In this document: positions 24,589 to 32,000 of the stretch, one piece after another
Layout: the number at the start of each line of letters is the position of its first letter
How positions within the stretch are numbered: position 1 is the first letter of the stretch
DNA from: Pseudodesulfovibrio piezophilus C1TLV30
Lineage (GTDB): Bacteria > Desulfobacterota > Desulfovibrionia > Desulfovibrionales > Desulfovibrionaceae
Length of the DNA: 32,000 nucleotides
NCBI RefSeq assembly: GCF_000341895.1
Contig: NC_020409.1
Location: forward strand, 1,950,001 to 1,982,000
Reading direction: 5' to 3'
The notes under the pieces: generated by a model
Told to the model about the DNA's origin: nothing
Seen by the model: only the letters and a program-made list of their open reading frames with translations
Database searches by the model: none
Program-made: the position numbers and the translations under genes

Positions 24589-25779
24589 TCATCGACCGAA
24601 GGTAGCAGCGATTTCAGCAACGGCTTCCAGTGCAGTCGTAATATGCTGACGGGTATTGAATGGTCCCACTCCGAAGCGAACAGTTCCTCCTTGTGCTTCA
24701 GTCCCGAGCTTACGATGGACCAACGGGGCGCACTGCAACCCGGTTCGACACGCGATGCCATAGTCTCCGTCAAGAAGTGTTCCCACATTTCCGGCTTCGA
24801 ATCCATTCACATTAAAGCTGACCACAGCGATATGATTGACACGCTCCCTTTGGCAATACAGCGTGATGTTGTCGATTTTCTCCAATCCATCCACTAACAG
24901 ACGGGTCAAAGCCATTTCATGTTCATGAAGGGCGTTCATTCCCTGCTCACCAATCCAGCGAACACCGGCCAGCAGCCCGGCAATACCCACGAGGTTGGGA
25001 GTGCCGTATTCCAATCGATAAGGATACTCTTCCAGATGATGCAACTGAGCGGATCGAACACCGGTTCCTCCTGCACGGGTATGGCGGATCACGACATCCT
25101 CCCCCACATAAAGACCACCGATCCCCGTGGGGCCAAGCAAAGATTTGTGGCCGGTAAAAGCCAGTATATCAATACATGACTTCCTGATATCCACCGAAAT
25201 CTTTCCTGCGGACTGGGAAGCATCGACCATGAATAAAATACCCCGCTCACGACACAAGCGACCAATGGCCTCTATGGGTTGCACGGTTCCAATCACATTC
25301 GAAACATGGTTCACAACCACCAGACGAGTGGAAGGCTTGAAGAGCGCCACAAAGTCTTCAGGATGGACAAAGCCATCAGCATCAAAGTCCACATGATCTA
25401 CTTCGACCTCATTATACCGCCAGTGATGATGCAAGGGACGAAGCACGGCATTGTGCTCCAGGGCAGTCGTGACAACATGGTCCCCAGGGGACACGATACC
25501 ATTGATGGCCAGGTTCAGTGCGTCTGTTGAATTGAGGGTAAAGACCAACCGATTCGAATCAGTTCCATGAAAGAGAGCTGTCAGTTCTTTGCGCGTAGTC
25601 TCAATGATGTTTCCCGTTTCAATGGAAAGGTCGCACCCGGATCGCCCCGGACTGACCCCGTGGCTGCGATGGAAACTATCCATATACGTATAAACGGACT
25701 CGGGTTTGGGAAATGATGTGGCCCCGTTATCCAAATAAATCAGTTCTTCCATGACAGACCTCACGTGTTCTTCAACCAC
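24589..25779 (-). CDS. Class V aminotransferase-fold PLP enzyme, SufS/CsdA-like cysteine desulfurase
   Basis: 396 aa. N-terminus IYLDNGATSFP, PLP-lysine region FTGHKSLLGPTGIGGLY, and a catalytic-Cys loop ACRTGLQCAPLVH resembling the group II RTGHHCAQP. An alternative start is at 25752 (MEELIYL). Confidence 0.75.
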   Translation of the reverse strand: MVEEHVRSVMEELIYLDNGATSFPKPESVYTYMDSFHRSHGVSPGRSGCDLSIETGNIIETTRKELTALFHGTDSNRLVFTLNSTDALNLAINGIVSPGDHVVTTALEHNAVLRPLHHHWRYNEVEVDHVDFDADGFVHPEDFVALFKPSTRLVVVNHVSNVIGTVQPIEAIGRLCRERGILFMVDASQSAGKISVDIRKSCIDILAFTGHKSLLGPTGIGGLYVGEDVVIRHTRAGGTGVRSAQLHHLEEYPYRLEYGTPNLVGIAGLLAGVRWIGEQGMNALHEHEMALTRLLVDGLEKIDNITLYCQRERVNHIAVVSFNVNGFEAGNVGTLLDGDYGIACRTGLQCAPLVHRKLGTEAQGGTVRFGVGPFNTRQHITTALEAVAEIAATFGR

Positions 25780-25818
25780 TTTTTCAATGCATGCCGCTCT
25801 CTGTATTTATTATAAATA

Positions 25819-25838
25819 CACAATACATTTATATTGTG
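25819..25838. promoter_or_regulatory. Perfect inverted repeat CACAATA-N6-TATTGTG in the AT-rich promoter region of the desulfurase gene
   Basis: 7-bp perfect arms located 40-60 nt upstream of start codon 25779. A TATAAT hexamer (minus strand) sits at 25809-25814. The GntR-family gene lies immediately upstream on the same strand. Confidence 0.35.
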
Positions 25839-26021
25839 CAAGGCCTGTATCACCCAGAGGCTTTGACTGGGGCTGAAGAGCCTTGCCCACAACAAGAGAC
25901 AGCGACAGGATCTTATCATGTCGCTGGAGCTTCCATGCGCCAGGCATCAAAGGGGAAAAGGGTTCCCTTGGCAAGACTCACAAAGAAAAAGGAACCGGAA
26001 AAAAAGGAGGGGCGAAACGGG

Positions 26022-26639
26022 CTAGCGAGTTCCCATGATTTCGGCTACGGAATTTCGGATATGCCTGACAGTACACTCACGCACGACGTCTTCATCCCTG
26101 GTTGCGATGGCGTCGATAAGCTCCAGTGATTCGGCAAAAAAGGTTCTCGGTTCGATCCGGCGCGGTGCAGCAAGCCAGAATCGTAGGTAATGGTTCAGGA
26201 TACGTTCGAGGACAGTGGTCAGCTGGCTGTTATGAGCAGCGGTAAAAACGAGCCTGTGGATTTTCGAATCAAGGTCAACGATGGCCCTGTTGTCGTGCAG
26301 CCCGGTAAAGTCGAGGGTTTCCTGCTTCAGCGCCAGCAGTGCATCACGCTCTTCCTGAGAAATTCGTTGCGTGGCCCAAAGGTTGGCCTGGACCTCAAGG
26401 ACCATGCGAATTTCCGTAATTTCCCTGATTCGTTCCAAACTCAGCGGAGTCACCATGAAGTGCGACCCCTGCCGCACAATCCATTCTTCAGCCTGAAGAG
26501 TGAGCAGAACTTCTTTGATGGGCGTTCGACTGACACCAAATTCCTCGGCCAGCTCGGACAGATTGAGAACGGATTCCGGAGCCAATTCCAAGTGAATTAT
26601 CTTGGAACGCAACGCATCATAAATCACTTGAGAATCCAC
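26022..26639 (-). CDS. GntR-family transcriptional regulator (FadR/FCD subfamily)
   Basis: 205 aa. The N-terminal winged HTH is LSELAEEFGVSRTPIKEVLLTLQAEEWI, and the C-terminal domain is all-helical and FCD-like. Confidence 0.75.
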   Translation of the reverse strand: MDSQVIYDALRSKIIHLELAPESVLNLSELAEEFGVSRTPIKEVLLTLQAEEWIVRQGSHFMVTPLSLERIREITEIRMVLEVQANLWATQRISQEERDALLALKQETLDFTGLHDNRAIVDLDSKIHRLVFTAAHNSQLTTVLERILNHYLRFWLAAPRRIEPRTFFAESLELIDAIATRDEDVVRECTVRHIRNSVAEIMGTR

Positions 26640-26728
26640 TGAACACCTCGATACGACATGACTTATCGACTTTGTCTGGACGGACGAAACCGACTATTGA
26701 TTCAAGGTAGATTCATGCCTGTTTCGTG

Positions 26729-27301
26729 TCAAGGCATTCTCAACAGGCAAAAAAAGCCCTGAGATTGGTTTCCATGCATGGTCTCATAAGTCGCCTCTTC
26801 AAAAAAAAGCGTCTCGAAATCGGAAAAAAGCGCTTCCATATGATTGCGGTCATGATGGCGCAGAGTTCCGCCATCTTCGACATCAAAAACGCCATACAGG
26901 CCATATTTTTCCTTGCCCGCTTTGTAGCGGTCCAGATTTCTGCGATCCCGGTTGATCAGAAAGTCACCCACAGCAAGGATGCCGCCGGGCCGAAGCACCC
27001 GTTTCAATTCGAGAAGGGCCTGTGCCTGCGCTTGTGTTTCGATGATGCATGTGAACACCCCCATGACCACAGCGGCATCGAAGCAATCGTCTTCATAGGG
27101 AAATTCGCCTCCAGGGTATGCAGTCACGTCGAAGGAAGGATTCTCGCGCCGTGCGCGTTCCACGAGAGGTTCGGAAAAATCGATGCCAGTCAGACGAGTA
27201 TAACCGACCACGGCCAGTTCTCTCATGGTTCTTCCATACCCGCATCCAAAGTCGAGTATCTGTGCGTCCCTGGGAACGCATTCCGCAAAACGATCCATCA
27301 T
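26729..27301 (-). CDS. Class I SAM-dependent methyltransferase (Methyltransf_11/25-like)
   Basis: 190 aa. Motif I ILDFGCGYGRT sits only 16 residues from the first ATG. The open in-frame sequence upstream looks like coding sequence (see findings). Confidence 0.65.
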   Translation of the reverse strand: MMDRFAECVPRDAQILDFGCGYGRTMRELAVVGYTRLTGIDFSEPLVERARRENPSFDVTAYPGGEFPYEDDCFDAAVVMGVFTCIIETQAQAQALLELKRVLRPGGILAVGDFLINRDRRNLDRYKAGKEKYGLYGVFDVEDGGTLRHHDRNHMEALFSDFETLFFEEATYETMHGNQSQGFFCLLRMP

Positions 27302-27410
27302 GAACGGGGTGGTGAACGTCTTGTTCTCGCACTGCTCCGTCCAATATCTTCGTTGACCTTCTATGGGACACCTCCCTGAGTTGACGAGTAGCCCCCGATG
27401 GATTGACAGG

Positions 27411-28733
27411 TCACAATGTCAGCCGCACATGGTACAACCCGTTATCACGCTGGACACGCATCATCACGGTCCTCTGCATCCTGTTACGCAAAAAAGCATT
27501 GAGCAGGTCGATACCCGCTCCCAAGCGTTTGTTTCCGATCTGATGAATGATGTCGCCGGGTTTCAATCCAAGCTTGTCGGCCGGACTGCCGGGAACCACT
27601 GTTGTGACTTCAGCACCGGACCCGCTCTTGGCATCAGCCAACTCAAATCCCCATCGGGTCCGTACCAGATTGAGCGCCATCCCCTTGTCCAGAACTTGCG
27701 GTTTGAGCGTCAACTGTCTTGACTTGCCATCATGCTGAACCGTCAAGGTCACAGTCTCCCGCTTGGTGGTGCCGAACAGCTGCGTCAGGAAATCATCCTT
27801 ACCGGTCACTTTTCGCTTGTTGAAAGCAAGGACGATGTCCCCTGGTTTGAGTCCGGCCCGCGCAGCAGGGGTGTCTGGATACGCCTCTGCCACCAGCATT
27901 CCGTGCACACTCTTGAGATTGAAATAACGCGCCGTGGCCTGATCTATGTCCTGACCGAAAAGCCCGAGCCAGATGGGTGAGACATGGCCGGAGTGAAGCA
28001 ACTCATCGACCACGAATTTTGCCTTGTTCACCGGAATGGCGAATCCGATTCCCTCGGCTCTAGCCTGAATTGCCGTATTGATACCGATAAGTTGCCCTTC
28101 AATATTGAGCAGCGGTCCACCCGAATTGCCGGGATTAATAGCCGCGTCTGTCTGAATGAAGGAGCCGAATGCCCCGCTGTTGATCTTCATGGGCCGGTTC
28201 AAGGCCGAAACCACGCCCGTGGTCACGGTGTGGGAATACCCGAACGGGTTGCCTATGGCGATGACCGTCTCGCCGATGTAGATATCATCCGAATCCCCCA
28301 TGGCGACCTGCGGCAGATTTTTCGCATCCTCAAGCTTGAGGACCGCAAGATCGAAATCAGGGTCCGCGCCGACCAGTGCGGCCTTGTACTCCCTGCCGTC
28401 ATTAAGACGCACTGTAATCGTGCTGCCGTTGGCAACAACATGGGCATTGGTCAAGACCAGCGCTTTTGCTCCGTCTATGATGACCCCAGATCCCAAAGAC
28501 TGAGACTGACGGGGCTGCTGTCCATAAAAGTTCTTGAAAAACTGATCGAAAAAGGGATCGCCAAAGGGAGAATGGCTTCGCCCCTGGCTCGTCTTGACCA
28601 CGGTGATATTGACAACCGACGGACTGACGGCTTGCACAGCGACAACAACAGGTGTTCGCCTATGATTGGCCAAAGCCGGAGAAGCCATGAGCAGAACCGC
28701 GAGGAAAATTGCAAAAAAATGACTGCGCTGCAT
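27411..28733 (-). CDS. degP: Periplasmic serine endoprotease DegP/DegQ/HtrA family with two PDZ domains
   Basis: Start at ATG 28733 (MQRSHFFAIFLAVLLMASPALA, a signal peptide). The catalytic motifs are TNAHVV, DLAVLKL and GNSGGPLLN. Two PDZ-like repeats are present (GLKPGDIV..., GLKPGDII...). Confidence 0.85.
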   Translation of the reverse strand: MQRSHFFAIFLAVLLMASPALANHRRTPVVVAVQAVSPSVVNITVVKTSQGRSHSPFGDPFFDQFFKNFYGQQPRQSQSLGSGVIIDGAKALVLTNAHVVANGSTITVRLNDGREYKAALVGADPDFDLAVLKLEDAKNLPQVAMGDSDDIYIGETVIAIGNPFGYSHTVTTGVVSALNRPMKINSGAFGSFIQTDAAINPGNSGGPLLNIEGQLIGINTAIQARAEGIGFAIPVNKAKFVVDELLHSGHVSPIWLGLFGQDIDQATARYFNLKSVHGMLVAEAYPDTPAARAGLKPGDIVLAFNKRKVTGKDDFLTQLFGTTKRETVTLTVQHDGKSRQLTLKPQVLDKGMALNLVRTRWGFELADAKSGSGAEVTTVVPGSPADKLGLKPGDIIHQIGNKRLGAGIDLLNAFLRNRMQRTVMMRVQRDNGLYHVRLTL

Positions 28734-28734
28734 C

Positions 28735-29586
28735 CTAACGGTTCTCCCCGGCCATAGCACGTAAACGGGCAATACGATCTTCAATGGGCGGATGTGTGGC
28801 AAAAAGCGAAGCCGCGCCTTTTCCCCGAAATGGGTTGACGATAAACAGATTCTCCGTAGCGGGATTTCCCTTCATGGGAATCTGTTGGCTGGCGGAGTCG
28901 AGTTTACCCAAAGCATTCGCAAGGTCCAGGGGGTTACCGGAAAGGCGCGCTCCCGTATCATCGGCAAGATATTCACGGGATCGTGAGATTGCCATCTGAA
29001 TCAATCCGGCAGCCACAGGAGCGAGAAAAGCCATGGCCAGGGCTGCAAAAGGGTTTCCCCCTTCATCATCATCCCGTCCAATGCCGAAAAGAGTGGTCCA
29101 CTGCATGATATTGGCAAGGAAGACAATGGTTCCAGCCAACACGGCCGCCACTGTCTGAATGAGAATATCACGGTTGGCGATATGCCCGAGTTCATGACCA
29201 AGGACACCGCGCAGTTCATCGGGATTGAGAATATTGACGATCCCTCTGGTCACGGCGACCACGGCATTTTCAGGATTACGCCCAGTCGCAAAAGCATTAG
29301 GGGCGTCCTGAGGAACGAGGACAAGGCGAGGCTTAGGTATTCCCGCGGCCCTGGACATTTCCTCGACGACCCGGTGAATGTGGGGTGCGTCCCCCGGAGA
29401 TAACTCTCGGGCATTGTACATCTTGAGGACGATCTTATCCGAATACCAATAACTGCCCACATTCATGAGCATGGCAAAACCAAAGGCCAGAAGCAGGCCC
29501 GCACGGCCACCCATTGCCCCTCCAAGGAACATGAGCAATCCGGTCAACAGGCTCAACAACAAGACAGTTTTTATCTGACTGGTCAT
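28735..29586 (-). CDS. htpX: Zinc metalloprotease HtpX (M48 family)
   Basis: 283 aa. It has N-terminal transmembrane helices, the HELGHIANRD zinc motif, two further hydrophobic helices, and RBS GGAGGG upstream. Confidence 0.85.
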   Translation of the reverse strand: MTSQIKTVLLLSLLTGLLMFLGGAMGGRAGLLLAFGFAMLMNVGSYWYSDKIVLKMYNARELSPGDAPHIHRVVEEMSRAAGIPKPRLVLVPQDAPNAFATGRNPENAVVAVTRGIVNILNPDELRGVLGHELGHIANRDILIQTVAAVLAGTIVFLANIMQWTTLFGIGRDDDEGGNPFAALAMAFLAPVAAGLIQMAISRSREYLADDTGARLSGNPLDLANALGKLDSASQQIPMKGNPATENLFIVNPFRGKGAASLFATHPPIEDRIARLRAMAGENR

Positions 29587-29671
29587 GTCAGGCTTCCCTC
29601 CGTGTAATCATCTGCCACCAAAGATAGGAATTTGAACGGCCACGTCAAGACGAAAAAAAGATGACCCACGA

Positions 29672-30421
29672 TCAATAGCGATCAATGATCGCCTTGAATG
29701 TCCCGTCCTGGTGCATTTCCCGAATGGCGACACCGAAATCGCGGGCCAATATTTTCGCTTCCTCACCCCGAGACCGCGAGAACATAAGGTACAGGGGGTC
29801 GCAGCCTATTTCATATGTGAACCGGATATGTTCCAGCATCCCGTTTTTTTTCGCAATATGCCGAAGCACCGCCTTGTTTCCCACAGCCGCATCCATGCGC
29901 CTGTTGGCGAGCATCCGCACAAGCTGGTGGCTGGAATTGGCTTCAATGCGGTGAAACCCTTTCATTTCGTCTATCCCGTGACCGTAGATATAATCACGGA
30001 CAATTCCCACACGTAATCCCTGAAGATCAGCAAGGCATGTCACGGTCAACTCTGAATCAGCCGGAACAACGACGACATTGGTTTCCATCGCCAGCGGTTC
30101 ATCCGGGAAAAAGATGATTTTTTCCCGCCTGGGAGTTCTGAACCCCGAAGAAAGAGCCAAAATGTCACCATTTTTCAACTCAAACAACGCCCGCTTCCAG
30201 GGGCGAGGCTCAAAAAGAGGGGTTTTGCCCATTCGTCTGAAAGCCTCACTGATCAGATCAAGGTTCATGCCCTTGTCTTTTCCATTTTCCCTATATTCAT
30301 AAGGAGGATAGTCCTCATAGACGATAGGAAGAAGGTTTTCCTGGGCAGAGGCAAAAACGCTTGAGAAGAGGAGAGGCAGAACAACCAGACAGGCAAGGGG
30401 GAATTGTATGGGGAAAAACAT
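29672..30421 (-). CDS. Periplasmic solute-binding protein (SBP family 3, amino-acid/polar solute type)
   Basis: Start at ATG 30421 (MFFPIQFPLACLVVLPLLFSSVFASA, a signal peptide). The mature part begins YEDYPPYEY, typical of family 3 binding proteins. No cognate permease or ATPase lies within the window. Confidence 0.6.
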   Translation of the reverse strand: MFFPIQFPLACLVVLPLLFSSVFASAQENLLPIVYEDYPPYEYRENGKDKGMNLDLISEAFRRMGKTPLFEPRPWKRALFELKNGDILALSSGFRTPRREKIIFFPDEPLAMETNVVVVPADSELTVTCLADLQGLRVGIVRDYIYGHGIDEMKGFHRIEANSSHQLVRMLANRRMDAAVGNKAVLRHIAKKNGMLEHIRFTYEIGCDPLYLMFSRSRGEEAKILARDFGVAIREMHQDGTFKAIIDRY

Positions 30422-30589
30422 GGAGTCACGGTACTCACCCGTCCCACGCTCTGCAAGGGAATAGATGCTTCTATCTGACCTAAAAATCACGTAACGAAGT
30501 GAAAAAACGCATTTATAAATTGCACCAAAGAGAAAACACGGATAACAATGGGGACACCAATTTCACCTACAGGACCGAGGAATCAAAGA

Positions 30590-31930
30590 ATGAAGACCTG
30601 CACTGACGAAACCGTGATCCCGAGCAAAACCGACATCCCGGTCGTCGGCAAAGCCAAAATCAAGAACCCGATCAGCTTCGGCAGATTTGTCTCCGAAGAC
30701 GACGCAGTCCTGGTCAATATCTCCAAACGCAATGTGGAAAAGAATCGACAGAGCAAAAAAGCTCCTGAACATACTTACTTCGAACCCGCCGGTCCCCGAA
30801 GTCGGGTCTACTTTGACCCGAGCAAAACCAAGGTTGCCATCGTAACCTGCGGCGGGCTGTGCCCTGGCCTCAATGACGTTATCAGGGCTATTGTCATGAC
30901 CGCCCACCACCAGTACAATGTTTCTTCCGTACTCGGTATTCGATACGGACTGGCTGGCTTCATTCCCCAATACGAATATGATGTGGTGGAATTGACACCG
31001 GATCACGTCAGCCGGATCCATGAATTCGGTGGCACGATCCTTGGGAGCTCTCGCGGGCCACAAAGCACCGAAGAAATCGTGGATGCTCTGGAACGCCTGA
31101 ACGTGTCCATCCTTTTCATGATCGGTGGAGATGGAACCATGCGCGCGGCCAGCAAAGTGGTTGCTGAAATCTCCGACCGCCACCTTGCCATCTCCGTTGT
31201 CGGGCTTCCCAAAACCATTGACAATGACATTAATTTCGCTTCGCCCTCCTTTGGGTTCGATACCGCAGTGGAGACAGCCGCCACCGCGATCAAAGGCGCG
31301 CATATAGAAGCCATGGGGGCACCATGGGGCATAGGGCTGGTCAAGGTCATGGGTCGCCATGCAGGATTCATCGCCGCCCAGTCCGCCCTGTCCTGCCAAG
31401 AGGTTAATTTTGTTTTGATCCCCGAAGATCCCTTCGACATTGAAGGGAAAAACGGGTTTCTTGCCGCTTTGGAAAAACGAATGCGCGAGCGAGGCAACGC
31501 TGTCATTGTCATGGCTGAAGGCGCGGGGCAGGATCTACTGGAAGTTTCTGAAGAGACAGACCCTTCCGGCAATGTCTGCCTCAGTGACGTCGCCACCCTG
31601 CTGCGGAGACATATTCTCCGGCACTTCCAGGACAAGGACATCACGCCAAATCTGAAATATATTGATCCGAGCTACATCATCAGGTCAGTCCCGGCCAATG
31701 CCAATGATCGTATTTACTGTTCATTCCTCGGTATCAATGCTGTTCATGCGGGCATGTCCGGACGGACCGGATTGGTCATCTCACGCTGGAACGGAAAATA
31801 TGTTCACATCCCCATGGAACTCGTGACTCAAGGGAAAAAAAGGATCAACCTCTGCTCCAACTACTGGCGAGCTGTCCTGGAGTCCACAGGACAACCACTC
31901 AACATGAAAAATGAGCCGGAGGCCTCATAA
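30590..31930 (+). CDS. pfk: 6-phosphofructokinase, long (about 450 aa) ATP-type
   Basis: Motifs KVAIVTCGGLCPGLNDVIR, MIGGDGTMRAA (GGDG indicates the ATP type rather than the PPi type) and LPKTIDNDI. ATG 30590, with GAGGA 8 nt upstream, is preferred; ATG 30548 is the alternative. Confidence 0.8.
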   Translation: MKTCTDETVIPSKTDIPVVGKAKIKNPISFGRFVSEDDAVLVNISKRNVEKNRQSKKAPEHTYFEPAGPRSRVYFDPSKTKVAIVTCGGLCPGLNDVIRAIVMTAHHQYNVSSVLGIRYGLAGFIPQYEYDVVELTPDHVSRIHEFGGTILGSSRGPQSTEEIVDALERLNVSILFMIGGDGTMRAASKVVAEISDRHLAISVVGLPKTIDNDINFASPSFGFDTAVETAATAIKGAHIEAMGAPWGIGLVKVMGRHAGFIAAQSALSCQEVNFVLIPEDPFDIEGKNGFLAALEKRMRERGNAVIVMAEGAGQDLLEVSEETDPSGNVCLSDVATLLRRHILRHFQDKDITPNLKYIDPSYIIRSVPANANDRIYCSFLGINAVHAGMSGRTGLVISRWNGKYVHIPMELVTQGKKRINLCSNYWRAVLESTGQPLNMKNEPEAS

Positions 31931-32000
31931 GCTCTTTAACAGGAATGATAATTGTTCTTGATTTTATTGAAAAACTTGGGTAATTTGCGACCACTGTTGA

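Noticed and set aside
25940-26021. Terminator downstream of the GntR gene (GGTTCC ... GGAACC stem).
   Set aside because: The stem is only 6 bp with a 24-nt loop and a weak T-tract, which is not convincing. The GntR and desulfurase genes may be co-transcribed.
25791-26129. 112-aa plus-strand ORF in the GntR-desulfurase intergenic region.
   Set aside because: It has no RBS and a low-complexity K/E/G-rich translation. It overlaps the 3' end of the GntR gene and the AT-rich promoter patch, so it is most likely spurious.
1-32000. CRISPR arrays, tRNA/rRNA genes, prophage or defence-system genes.
   Set aside because: No repeat-spacer periodicity, no cloverleaf-like GC-rich segments in intergenic regions, and no nuclease, ATPase or phage-like ORFs were seen on either strand.

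Overview
The window looks like chromosomal DNA from a sulfate-reducing Desulfovibrionales-type bacterium. It is moderately GC-rich, densely coding and rich in Fe-S and redox genes. I found no rRNA, tRNA, CRISPR array, transposase or integrase.

Plus-strand block, 1-11083:
- the 3' part of an hdr(C)BA-flxDCBA-type NAD(P)H/heterodisulfide-reductase cluster
- a ferritin-like diiron protein
- a tungsten-type aldehyde:ferredoxin oxidoreductase
- an orphan TrfA-like (plasmid replication initiator-like) gene
- nadB and a small glutaredoxin-like protein

Minus-strand block, 11085-23922, the most interesting part: one tightly packed, translationally coupled 11-gene operon. It is headed by a molybdopterin-binding protein and the molybdenum (MCD-type) aldehyde oxidoreductase Mop. 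These are followed by a GltD/ferredoxin/HdrD-like fusion protein, a 71-aa zinc-ribbon protein, a SAM methyltransferase, a C_GCAxxG_C_C protein, a radical SAM enzyme, a PaaK-like adenylating enzyme, XdhC, a MobA/MocA-like NTP-transferase-HD fusion and a histidine phosphatase. Only a minority of these are explained by the known Moco/MCD maturation pathway. I consider this a candidate uncharacterised cofactor-tailoring or maturation system.

A 666-bp AT-rich region lies upstream of the operon. It contains a sigma-54-type promoter match, two copies of a 22-bp palindrome and a strand-specific long hairpin.

Further along the minus strand come a SufS/CsdA-like cysteine desulfurase, a GntR regulator, a methyltransferase, htpX-degP and a solute-binding protein. 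An ATP-type phosphofructokinase sits on the plus strand at the end. All functional calls rest on motif and architecture recognition by eye; no searches were run.
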